Virus record (IMG/VR): IMGVR_UViG_3300005660_000003
Span: 74,261 to 117,774 of that record
Reading direction: 5' to 3' (one strand)
Length of the DNA stretch: 43,514 nucleotides
Origin: a virus
Taxonomy: Duplodnaviria; Heunggongvirae; Uroviricota; Caudoviricetes
Below, piece after piece: positions 8,007 to 17,030 of this stretch. The translations under genes were made by a program, and so were the position numbers. The notes beneath the pieces were generated by a model, which saw nothing but the letters and a program-made list of their open reading frames with translations, did not search any database and was not told the origin of the DNA. Within the stretch, counting starts at the first letter, position 1. Each line of letters begins with the position of its first letter.

Positions 8007-8540
8007 CTAATCAAGATTAGGACTTTCTCGGACAAGTGTTGACCCTAATTCCACACCATCTAACCCGGTTGAAAACATTCTTGAGTATTTATTCTTGCCA
8101 AAGAGAGCCTTCCTTACACACAAACTAATTAGTATTGCGATGTATTTGTCTACATCACTAATTTCAGTGGGCAGTTTTGATGAAAGAGATAGAACAACAT
8201 TTTGTGCCACCTCTTCAATTTCTACATTTGAAGAAATCGGACTATATCTTTTAGAAGATGTTATTCTCCTAAATACTAATGAATAAATCTCTCTGTTTAA
8301 AGAGACGGAAATTGGATTTATAAATCCATTTTTTACCCATCTTGCTTTACAGTTTTGACGACTACCGTCACCTTCAGTTTTTAGACATTCATCACGAAAT
8401 TTAATTGCGGCCTGAAGCGATTTATCATATGATCCGTACGTGGAATCTGGAAAACTTTTTTGATATTTAGGCTTTTTATTCACATAGCAAACACGCACCA
8501 ACCAATCCGTTTTCCTTCTATTGATTCCACTAATCTTCAA
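8007..8540 (-). CDS. protein with N-terminal AP2-like DNA-binding domain
   Basis: GINRRKTDWLVRV...KSFPDSTYG...SLQAAIKFRD resembles phage AP2 domains. Confidence 0.55.
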   Translation of the reverse strand: MKISGINRRKTDWLVRVCYVNKKPKYQKSFPDSTYGSYDKSLQAAIKFRDECLKTEGDGSRQNCKARWVKNGFINPISVSLNREIYSLVFRRITSSKRYSPISSNVEIEEVAQNVVLSLSSKLPTEISDVDKYIAILISLCVRKALFGKNKYSRMFSTGLDGVELGSTLVRESPNLD

Positions 8541-8542
8541 GT

Positions 8543-8788
8543 TTATCTCCTTAATTTAAGTTCTCTTGCGATTGTCATGATCACCACACTAAATAGGGTG
8601 ACTTGATCAAGAGGGTGAAGAGAGTTAAAAACTTCTACTGGAAAGTGAGCTCCAATTTTACATTTTCTACCCATGTCTTCAAGTTCTGATTGCGGGAACA
8701 TGATTAATGGCCGGTCTTGCACCATTGCCGCTTGGTCTGTAAAGCCAAGTTCTTCGGCTTTTATTGCTGCTCTTTCGAATATGTTCAA
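8543..8788 (-). CDS. hypothetical protein, paralog of 6988-7236
   Basis: See paralog; AAGGAG RBS directly after a 7-bp hairpin. Confidence 0.7.
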   Translation of the reverse strand: MNIFERAAIKAEELGFTDQAAMVQDRPLIMFPQSELEDMGRKCKIGAHFPVEVFNSLHPLDQVTLFSVVIMTIARELKLRR

Positions 8789-8883
8789 GATGTGCTCCTT
8801 TTAGTCGCACAGCGACTACTTTTTGGACCTCTGGTATTTTTGTAATCTCCGCCGACATAACTTCCATCACACTTTGGGTTCAA

Positions 8884-8966
8884 TAGGAATGGCTGGGATC
8901 GAACCAGCAAGCCTTTCGGCACCAATTTATGAGATTGGCGAGTTTAACCAATTCCTCCACATTCCC
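8884..8966 (-). tRNA. class II (long variable arm) tRNA with CAU anticodon and Leu-type body
   Basis: GGGAATG-TG-GAG GAATTGGTTAAA CTC-G-CCAAT CT CAT AA ATTGG-T GCC GAAA GGC TT-GCTGG TTCGATC CCAGC-CATTCCT-A. Confidence 0.9.
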
Positions 8967-9183
8967 AGTCGTAACTTTGTTACGTTAAAACACAAACTCT
9001 TGCACCATCTGGATAAACAAGAGAATACCCACATCTGTGAAAATTACGGGTCTTGTCATAGGATTAAGCCAGATACTTGTGGTTGGCCAAAAGTTATGAA
9101 TATGTATTGAATAACCCTTTTACCAAAACCATTATCCTCACTTGTTAACCAATAAATGGTTGGAAGATCAGAAAATGTGTCAT

Positions 9184-9429
9184 TCATGTGTCTTTCCCCA
9201 TCTGTTCAATGGTGTCTGTTAGATCCAAAGATTTGGTTTTTAGTCGAAGTCTATCGGCTTCAAGTACACGCAACAGATTCTCAATAACTCTTGGAATTTC
9301 TTCCATACAAATCTGCACATTGAAATTGGTATCGGTTCCTTTCATTGAAATATGACACATCCCATCATCTATACCTTGAGCAAGAGCCCAAGATCCACGT
9401 TGTGCATTAGATTTAACCAAGGGTTTCAC
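9184..9429 (-). CDS. hypothetical protein (81 aa)
   Basis: ORF track. Confidence 0.6.
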   Translation of the reverse strand: MKPLVKSNAQRGSWALAQGIDDGMCHISMKGTDTNFNVQICMEEIPRVIENLLRVLEADRLRLKTKSLDLTDTIEQMGKDT

Positions 9430-9530
9430 CTACATAAAAGATTTAGAGTTGAATATCTCGCCAGATCCCTGTTGTTTAGCTGCGTCAACCTTCTCGGACA
9501 AGTGCAATCTACGATTGCAAAGTCGTAGCC

Positions 9531-9944
9531 CTATCTGTCAAACTTGTTATAGGCCCACCGGTAAGCGATGTAAATTGAAAAACTATGTCGTTTAAGTCGC
9601 CCAAGTGGTTTTCCTAAAGTCTTGGCGTACGCACCCATGATAGTTTTGCAAGCTAAGACTTTTTGGGGATCACCAAAGAAGACCCTCCCATTTAGGCCAT
9701 TTGCCTTTATGTATTCGTAGGCAGCTTTAATAGTCATACCCTGAGGCTTCTTCGTCGCCTCAGTTTTGGGTAATACGTGTGATGTATGCTTTAGGCATTT
9801 GGGGCAGGTGTAGCCCTTTGAACATTCGCAGACCTTATGGTCTGCAACTCTTTGTCCTTGCACAGGAGTAGACCTCTTGTCTTTCATGTAGCATTCATAA
9901 CACTTATACCCCGAATGACACAGGCAATTATTTTTTTGTTCCAT
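9531..9944 (-). CDS. hypothetical protein with two Cys-rich (CxC...CxxC) repeats
   Basis: CLCHSGYKCYEC and CECSKGYTCPKC. Confidence 0.65.
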   Translation of the reverse strand: MEQKNNCLCHSGYKCYECYMKDKRSTPVQGQRVADHKVCECSKGYTCPKCLKHTSHVLPKTEATKKPQGMTIKAAYEYIKANGLNGRVFFGDPQKVLACKTIMGAYAKTLGKPLGRLKRHSFSIYIAYRWAYNKFDR

Positions 9945-9966
9945 TGTTTCACCATTGTAGGTAAAA

Positions 9967-10000
9967 ATCCCCCACCCATAAAAGCATGAGTGGGGGATCG
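9967..10000 (-). terminator. intrinsic terminator-like hairpin
   Basis: Minus strand GATCCCCCACTCAT-GCTTTT-ATGGGTGGGGGAT-TTTT. Confidence 0.6.
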
Positions 10001-10355
10001 GTTGTCACAGGCGTTTTCGGATGGATAAACCACTCCTATTGCCCCACCATAAAGGATTGGGCTTTACCTACCCCATAAAGGACGCAGGCGTACCATTTTG
10101 CCAAGAGGGTACTTTAGTTTCTCATATTATAGGCTAATATGAAAGCCACATAGATATAAAGCGTCGCAAGTGGTAGAGTAAACTCTATTTTTATTCGAAG
10201 CTTACCAAACTACTACTTCCACTTGATCCCGGCTGCTAAAGCTACCGCAAGGTAGCTACTACGGGATTGGACCTAGCTTCGGATACCGTTGGTATCCTTC
10301 AATACTACAAGTAATCACTTTGTAGCGTTAGAGGCAAGTCGTCACAGGCCCAACC

Positions 10356-10691
10356 TTACTCTTCGTAATCTCCACGCAGAGTTGGAACACCAATCTCGTA
10401 ACGAATCTGGAGACTAGAAAGAATATCGGTGAAACCTTTTGGCGATTCAGCCGCCTCAAGCTTCTTAAACTCAGCCGCAAACTCATCCGCCGCCTTACGG
10501 AGAGCTTTCAGACGACGTTTACCGGCTTCAACCGTCTTCTGGCACGCAGCATAATCATCTGCGAATACAAGGGCTCTGGCCTCTTCTTCGCCAGCTTTAC
10601 GCTTTTCAACAGCGGCCTTGATTGCTTCAGCAGACACTGGTGCTTTGTCGAAATTAAACAAGGTGATTCTCCAAATTAAACAATACAGCAT
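10356..10691 (-). CDS. hypothetical coiled-coil protein; start probably near 10660
   Basis: ORF track; Ala/Glu/Lys-rich helical sequence. Confidence 0.6.
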   Translation of the reverse strand: MLYCLIWRITLFNFDKAPVSAEAIKAAVEKRKAGEEEARALVFADDYAACQKTVEAGKRRLKALRKAADEFAAEFKKLEAAESPKGFTDILSSLQIRYEIGVPTLRGDYEE

Positions 10692-10885
10692 AAAAAGAGG
10701 TTAGAACTTACCAACCTCACCGTTTCAATTCTCGGACAAATGAACAGTCCGAGATTACTTTTTGTGCTTTACTCCACACACAGTACAATAGTAGGTTTTG
10801 GAATCTTTCGACCCACCCACATTCATGACTCTTTTACCATGTCCATGTACAGCATTCTGATAAGAACTGTTACAAGTACAGGTTT

Positions 10886-11314
10886 TTACCTGAATCCTCT
10901 TGTTTCAATGTTCTCCGTAGATGTGAAAATCTCAAAGAACTCTGGGTCCATGTGGATGGTAATGAATTCGCCCGAGCAGACCGTAAAGTCCTCAGAGTTA
11001 GACAATGGGAAACTTGAAAACTCGACCACATCCCCAACTTTGATCACAGTTTTGTCATCTGCATTGAATTCATAGGACTGATAGTCAACTACGAACTCTT
11101 TAATACATCTTCCGTATGTTCTGCCAATCTTGAGTTGTTCGGTTATAATTAACCGCTCTATTTTGCTGTGCAATCTGGCAATTTCGGTACTTGCTTGCCC
11201 CAATTCAGCCCTGATCAACAAAAGATCTTCGATGATGTCTTTTGACATTTCAACGCTTCCCTGTCTGGCGGCCAACTTTGAAGAATCCGAACACAAAAGC
11301 ACTAACAATAACAA
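10886..11314 (-). CDS. hypothetical protein; start uncertain
   Basis: ORF track; probable start at MSKDIIEDL. Confidence 0.55.
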   Translation of the reverse strand: MLLLVLLCSDSSKLAARQGSVEMSKDIIEDLLLIRAELGQASTEIARLHSKIERLIITEQLKIGRTYGRCIKEFVVDYQSYEFNADDKTVIKVGDVVEFSSFPLSNSEDFTVCSGEFITIHMDPEFFEIFTSTENIETRGFR

Positions 11315-11510
11315 GGGCCACGAACACGATCTTGCTATCCATTTTGGTTTCTCCCTCCCGTAGATATGTTTAAAATTCGATTGTAGAATTAAGCTCCACC
11401 ATCATTGTCATCAAAATTGATGGTCGAATTATCATCTTACTCACCTTTAAAGCATTAAGTTGCGAACCTTGCACTCACTTTCTCGGACAAACGCTGGACG
11501 CAGTCCAGCT

Positions 11511-11780
11511 TTAGTCGGCAAACATCGGCCTTGCCCAATGCAAAGGGATATTCTTATCGATATACTCCAAAGCGGTACCCCGTACCGAATTCCACACTGC
11601 ATTATGTACTGCTAGTGGATATGCGTGCTGTTGCAAAGGAAGAATTCCCGGTATATTCGGGTTTATCTTTTCTCCATTGGTTGCTAATTCCAATGTGGCG
11701 TCTGCTTGATGTTCAGATAGCCCATGTGAAATTAGTAATTCTCTTACGTGATGACCTACTGAACCGGGTGAGTATTTCAA
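11511..11780 (-). CDS. hypothetical protein (89 aa)
   Basis: ORF track; GGAGA RBS. Confidence 0.65.
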   Translation of the reverse strand: MKYSPGSVGHHVRELLISHGLSEHQADATLELATNGEKINPNIPGILPLQQHAYPLAVHNAVWNSVRGTALEYIDKNIPLHWARPMFAD

Positions 11781-11828
11781 AAGTATCTCCTTGTGTGCAA
11801 AAGTCCGAAAAGCCCGCAGAAGAGGTGC

Positions 11829-12017
11829 TTACTCATTTGGGCCAAATAAGACCCTTGTTTCATAGGACCAATAACGCTTTCCATTAGAGGAATGTATTTT
11901 GTCCCATTCTTCTCTTTTTAAATCCACGTATTCTTCAGCTGCCGCATCAGAATCAAATGGGCCAATGATCTTATCTGGTCTTTCTCCAAGGCCTAAAACA
12001 AAATTAATAATGAACAT
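11829..12017 (-). CDS. hypothetical protein (62 aa)
   Basis: ORF track; AAGGAA RBS; IIGPFDS motif. Confidence 0.6.
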   Translation of the reverse strand: MFIINFVLGLGERPDKIIGPFDSDAAAEEYVDLKREEWDKIHSSNGKRYWSYETRVLFGPNE

Positions 12018-12690
12018 GTGATTCCTTTACGTTTGTCCGAATTCCCCGCAGAGAACCAGTCTCATTAAAAATGGGCCTGCGTGTTCTCAGTCTATTCTGT
12101 GTAGAGAACAGGAATCCACCTAAAAGGTGGCTTGAAAAGGGCTTCAGAGCAATCATCCATAAGAGAAAGCCTATTTAGGCACTCACTAATAGAAAAATGG
12201 TCTTATAAACCATAAACAAAAATACCAACAAACACATAGAAAGAAGCTTACAGACTATAAAGAAGATAGAAAAGAAAGGGTGGTTTTTTGCTTTTCTCCA
12301 GCCTTATACAAAAAAACCAGTGTTTTTCGCACATATTACCCAAAAACACAGCAAAAAACCCTCTTAAAGATCTTCTTTTTGGCCACGAAAAAGTTCTGCG
12401 AGAGGCATATTTGCCCTACCTTGTATATTTCATAGGGTAAAAAAGTGATGCGTGGCTACGCTTGTCCGCAATTTAACCACTCTTTGATTAAAAATGTGGC
12501 CACAAGTCTACTTTTGTCCGCAATTCTGGTGTAAAACACCAATGTTTTTGCAAAAAGGCATGTTTTGCCCCCACGAAAGTATCCACTTCTACGAAGCGAC
12601 CTGTGGCCATAGGGTTCCTACCATGTATCCGTTAGCCAAATGGATCATCATGCATTGATGTTTACCCATACTCCTAGGGTAAAAAAGGTA

Positions 12691-12900
12691 CTACGTAGTT
12701 TTAGTCAAACTGTTGATGATCTTCTCTACGTCTTTTTCAAGCTTTACCAGCAAGCCAAAGGTATGATTGTCGTAAGACTTTACAACAATGGCCATTAGAT
12801 AGTGCATATCACAAACATCTGAAGGACCCCAACACGGAATCGAACCGTGTATTACCCTGATAACCTCAGGTTTCCTAACCTTTAGAAGATGGGGTCTCAC
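12691..12900 (-). CDS. hypothetical protein (69 aa)
   Basis: ORF track. Confidence 0.5.
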   Translation of the reverse strand: MRPHLLKVRKPEVIRVIHGSIPCWGPSDVCDMHYLMAIVVKSYDNHTFGLLVKLEKDVEKIINSLTKTT

Positions 12901-12912
12901 TCTCGGGGCACT

Positions 12913-13209
12913 TTAGCTTTGGCCGAAAATCAGGCCACTGATTTCAAAAGGTCGGTCCAGAGATTTCTTGTCACGAAACGTGAAAGACCCGTCTTTGTGG
13001 GTTACTTTTTCCTGCGTAAAACGACGCAACTCAGTAAACAACTGGTCACGAATCTCTGTGGTGTGATGTTCCCATATTCTCCATGCGGCAGCCCGCAAGT
13101 TAGAAACAGAGGTAAAGCTCTGAATTACACGCCGTGGGTTTGTGATTGTAAATTTCAAGGTTTTCTCCGAAAAAGAGTAAGTGTCACCTAGCACATAGGC
13201 TAGATTCAA
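12913..13209 (-). CDS. hypothetical protein (98 aa)
   Basis: ORF track. Confidence 0.5.
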   Translation of the reverse strand: MNLAYVLGDTYSFSEKTLKFTITNPRRVIQSFTSVSNLRAAAWRIWEHHTTEIRDQLFTELRRFTQEKVTHKDGSFTFRDKKSLDRPFEISGLIFGQS

Positions 13210-13369
13210 TGCAGGCCATTATCAAGTGGTTTGTTCTGGATGGCTTAATCTGCACTGAATCAAGACTACGTCTTGCAAAACCCCATCGTAAATGGCGTCT
13301 GTGATTTTGGCACAAAGTGCTTTCTTTAACATATATCATGTGCGTAATATATGCACTATGTGCAAAAGA

Positions 13370-13398
13370 AAAGACGGGGAATAAATTCCCCGTCTCTC
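13370..13398 (-). terminator. intrinsic terminator
   Basis: Minus strand GAGACGGGGAA-TTTA-TTCCCCGTCT-TTTCTTTT, just downstream of 13430-14128. Confidence 0.7.
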
Positions 13399-13429
13399 GT
13401 TCCCGTTTACAATTTTCCGACGAAGTTGG

Positions 13430-14128
13430 CTAATTTCCGGTCGTAAGACCGGCCAACGCTGGTGGCAATGGTCGCTCAATTGGTCCAGCAGAACGATCCT
13501 TAGTACGGAATGTCCGTCCGTAGACTTCTTTCATACGGGCCTTTTCCTTCGGAACGTCAATATCGATGTCAGCCTCCATGAAGATATCTGAGAGCGTACT
13601 GGTAAACGGTGCCCCCTTCATTGCAGAGAACTTCACTTCATCTGATCCACTGAAGAATGCAGCGACCACAGCTTTCTTCAGTTTGTCTGTAACATCGACG
13701 GCATGTTCCGTAATACCATCACTATCAATTACAGGAATTACAACCCCTTCAAAGAGTTCAGTAAATTCTGCCGCAATCTCACTCTTTAACTGATTACGAG
13801 AATCAGTAAGTAGCGACATAAACTTGGGATCGTCAGAACGATAGCCCAAGAGTCCCGCGATCTGCTTTGGCTGGTATCCAGCTTGAGCCAAAGCACAAAC
13901 AGTCTTTTCAGGACTAACCGCCCAAGCTTTGGCAATCAGTACTTTGTCGTCCGGCGGATTTTCAACCCCTTCCAACTCATTTGCTTCGCGAACAAATGGC
14001 TGTGAAGAGATTCCACGTGCGGCAATAGGATTTGCCACCGTAGAAACTTTACGGGTTGAAACGGCCCGCGTAATTGGACCGAATCGAATTGTCAAGAATA
14101 GTCTCCTAAACAAAATTTTGAAACACAC
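13430..14128 (-). CDS. hypothetical protein; true start probably internal
   Basis: ORF track; followed by a terminator. Confidence 0.6.
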   Translation of the reverse strand: MCFKILFRRLFLTIRFGPITRAVSTRKVSTVANPIAARGISSQPFVREANELEGVENPPDDKVLIAKAWAVSPEKTVCALAQAGYQPKQIAGLLGYRSDDPKFMSLLTDSRNQLKSEIAAEFTELFEGVVIPVIDSDGITEHAVDVTDKLKKAVVAAFFSGSDEVKFSAMKGAPFTSTLSDIFMEADIDIDVPKEKARMKEVYGRTFRTKDRSAGPIERPLPPALAGLTTGN

Positions 14129-14371
14129 GAACTGAAGAAACAGAGAGAACTAGAACAATCCACTTCTCACTCAATAGGCTTCCGGGAGCGGGTTTGTCTC
14201 AAAAGCCCGCAAGAATTTTCCAAAATACTTTGGTACAGAATTTGCAAGTAGGCTCCGCCTATGAACATGTGTACACCCTGTTCACCCTCGCGGACATACG
14301 TATCCGCTCAACCGGACTCTTTCTAAGTCCGAAAAAGAGGGGCGTCTTTCGACACCCCTCGGAAACACAGT

Positions 14372-14602
14372 CTACACAACAATCATCCTTCCGTCTTCAT
14401 TTTCCTTATACTCGCCATGATGGCGAGCAAGCTTCCGGTCGCAGGCATTGCGTAGAGCTCGACAGAGAATATGCTCTGCTTCATTCATAGCCCTGCTGGG
14501 ATTTGTTGCCCAGTTTCTCCAGTACAAAAGGTTTTGAAGAGTTCCATTTTGGATCTCTTTAGTTGCTTGAATAATGCGAAGTTTAACTTCGGAAATGATC
14601 AT
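14372..14602 (-). CDS. hypothetical protein (76 aa)
   Basis: ORF track; AAGGAA RBS. Confidence 0.55.
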   Translation of the reverse strand: MIISEVKLRIIQATKEIQNGTLQNLLYWRNWATNPSRAMNEAEHILCRALRNACDRKLARHHGEYKENEDGRMIVV

Positions 14603-14788
14603 TAGAAAGTTCCTTTAAGGAGTTTCGCAAAGCGAAGTAAAAGAGGGACCGCACAACGCGGCCCCTAGAAAGGTGATGTTAGTAAAGTGCCGCACCCCCA
14701 GCGGCATATTGGGCGGTTTGCAAGAACATACACCTTGGCCGGTAGTTATCCGGCGAAGGAATATAATCTTAGAACCGATGCAGATCGG

Positions 14789-15265
14789 CTAGTAACCAGC
14801 TTTCTCAAGTTTGTCGGCAGACTTCATGAAGGTTGCAAGGATCTTATCCGTGTATCCCTGCTTGATTTCCCCGTGGACGAAGAACTTGTCAGCTTTCTCG
14901 GGTTCGATACCGAAGAAAACGAAAAGTCTTTCGTACATACCATAGCTGGCGTGGTCGATTGCATCCTCGAACAAGCGAATATCACTTGGTTCAAATTTGC
15001 ACAACTCGGCCCACTTCCGAGAACGGTACTCTTTCTGAGTCTCGCCGATTAGACCCAGTCTCGGCGGCATATCATCCAGAACAAAATTCCGTGACATAAG
15101 CTGTTGGATTGCGGCAGTTGATACACAGCCACAACATTCACCATCGATATTTTCACCGGCGGTAAATGTCTCGAATTTAAGAATACCGAGATTTTCCAAC
15201 CCCTTCACCATCATACGGATGGCGTTTGAAGGTTTGAGAACAATAGATCGAATTGTCATGAGCAT
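14789..15265 (-). CDS. hypothetical protein (158 aa)
   Basis: ORF track; GGAGA RBS; palindromic hairpin upstream. Confidence 0.7.
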   Translation of the reverse strand: MLMTIRSIVLKPSNAIRMMVKGLENLGILKFETFTAGENIDGECCGCVSTAAIQQLMSRNFVLDDMPPRLGLIGETQKEYRSRKWAELCKFEPSDIRLFEDAIDHASYGMYERLFVFFGIEPEKADKFFVHGEIKQGYTDKILATFMKSADKLEKAGY

Positions 15266-15334
15266 TTCTCCAAAACTTTCTAAGAAAAACGGAAGGGGCA
15301 GAACAGTCCACCCCTTCCCACGACCGCAGGTCGT

Positions 15335-16561
15335 CTAATCTTCGCCAATATTTTTGGCCATTTCAATAACCGGTGTCCAATGTCGCCAGAATGTTGCACG
15401 ACTAATCGGATTCACGCTTTCCTTGCAAAGCGTTTCCCACACTTCATCCGGAGTTTCCACCCATTCACGAAGCGAAATTTCTACCATTCGCTTCTGTAGC
15501 GGGCTACACTTTACTGCCACCTCATCCTCCCACATGATCGGCACCATAAGGTTTGGATCATCTGCCGAATCTACGTGTGTTTTCCTTCCATTGACGTAAG
15601 TGTGGGAAATTTCCGTCATACCCTTCGGCAATTCAGTATTATGGCCGAATTCCAGTTGCATGAACCGGAAAGCAGCAGCACCGAAAGCACCGATGACACA
15701 ATTATCCAGACCGGAACTCAGGGAGGACTTTACACGACGAATCGTGATAATGTTCTCATCCTGAAACAGATCACACACATGGTCTGCTGTTCGTGCCGGG
15801 AACAGGCAGAATTGCCATTCATTCGGCGAACAGGTTCCTTCGGTTCCTTGATTGTGGGAAACCACCTCCTCAAGTAAGTCGCTCTCAGTTTGATCCATGT
15901 ATGAAGCGAACCGTAGTTCCTCCCCAGACATTGAATCATAGGCTGAGAAACTACGCCAAACCCTTTCAGCCTTAAGGCTTCGAGAATCCAGCCTAATTTC
16001 CTCACCAATTCCCCACGGAACCATTAACCGAAGGTTGTCGGTCGCCCCATGAAGAATTGCAAGGGCGGTTTCCTGAATTACTTCAGCTTCCGCCCACATA
16101 CGTTGTGACGTATTGGTTTGCCACTTGGTACGAACGTGATCACCCTCCCTGAACTCTTTCTTGCGACGTTTCTTAGCTTTTCCCAAAGCTGAGATCATCA
16201 TTCCAGAGAGAATCTGCCCGAATGTTCCGCAGAGAATCAGGCCCAGCAAATCCGGAGCCACTCGAAAGCGGAGCAGTTGCTCCGCAATAGAGAGTACAGT
16301 ACCGCCGTGCAAGTTATCCCCGATTCTCGGATCTGAGAAATCCGCACTACGTGCGGGAGACCGTCCCAAATCCGCATTTGCATTGTCCAACAATTTCTGC
16401 GGAATGTGATCGTGAGAACAGAGCATTCTCACCGTATGCTGATCCAAAGTATTCGTCATTGACGAACCCTTTCCCAAAAGTGGGATTCCTTCCATTCCAA
16501 ACCGTAAGGAATGGAACTTATCCCGACAAACATACTCTAGCACAAACCCCGCACATTGCAA
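15335..16561 (-). CDS. 408-aa protein with sigma-factor-like features; start uncertain
   Basis: AEAEVIQETALAILHG (region 2-like) and C-terminal CSPLQKRMVEISLRE...ISRATFWRHW (region 4/HTH-like). Confidence 0.5.
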   Translation of the reverse strand: MQCAGFVLEYVCRDKFHSLRFGMEGIPLLGKGSSMTNTLDQHTVRMLCSHDHIPQKLLDNANADLGRSPARSADFSDPRIGDNLHGGTVLSIAEQLLRFRVAPDLLGLILCGTFGQILSGMMISALGKAKKRRKKEFREGDHVRTKWQTNTSQRMWAEAEVIQETALAILHGATDNLRLMVPWGIGEEIRLDSRSLKAERVWRSFSAYDSMSGEELRFASYMDQTESDLLEEVVSHNQGTEGTCSPNEWQFCLFPARTADHVCDLFQDENIITIRRVKSSLSSGLDNCVIGAFGAAAFRFMQLEFGHNTELPKGMTEISHTYVNGRKTHVDSADDPNLMVPIMWEDEVAVKCSPLQKRMVEISLREWVETPDEVWETLCKESVNPISRATFWRHWTPVIEMAKNIGED

Positions 16562-17030
16562 GGTTTCTTTCCTTACTGTTTCACTCTTTTCTTTTCCTTC
16601 CCATAGTGTAAACCCGCGAAGTCTGAATTCGTCTCAAAATTTCAGTCTAAAAATAATAAAAACGCCAAAACAAATAGGTGTCTATATGTTCAGTGTACAT
16701 ATGTTCACAGGTGCGGACTTACGTATCCTCACCAAAGAGCGCTTTAACGCCGCAAAAAGCGGGGAATGTCTTGCGATATCCCCCGTTCCACATTAGATAC
16801 AAAATCTATCGTGATGAATCACTTTAGTGACCCTGTCTGCAACACGACAGACGCGGGCAACACGGTTCCGTCGTCAAACGTGAACTCGTGTGGCGAACTA
16901 AAATTCGCAATCATGGTATCGTTACTGAGACGTACAATGGGACTAGACAAATTATCTCTCCGAGATAAGTAACCGTAAAGAAAGGAGGGTGACCACACTG
17001 GCCACCCTCGAAAGTCGCACGACGCAGTCG

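Noticed and set aside
8679-9110. ORF-track calls 8679-8870 (-) and 8823-9110 (+)
   Set aside because: They overlap a better-supported gene, its leader hairpin and the tRNA at 8884-8966.
9945-10355. tmRNA or RNase P RNA
   Set aside because: No tRNA-like acceptor/T-arm ends, no recognisable tag peptide and no GAGGAAAGUCC motif.
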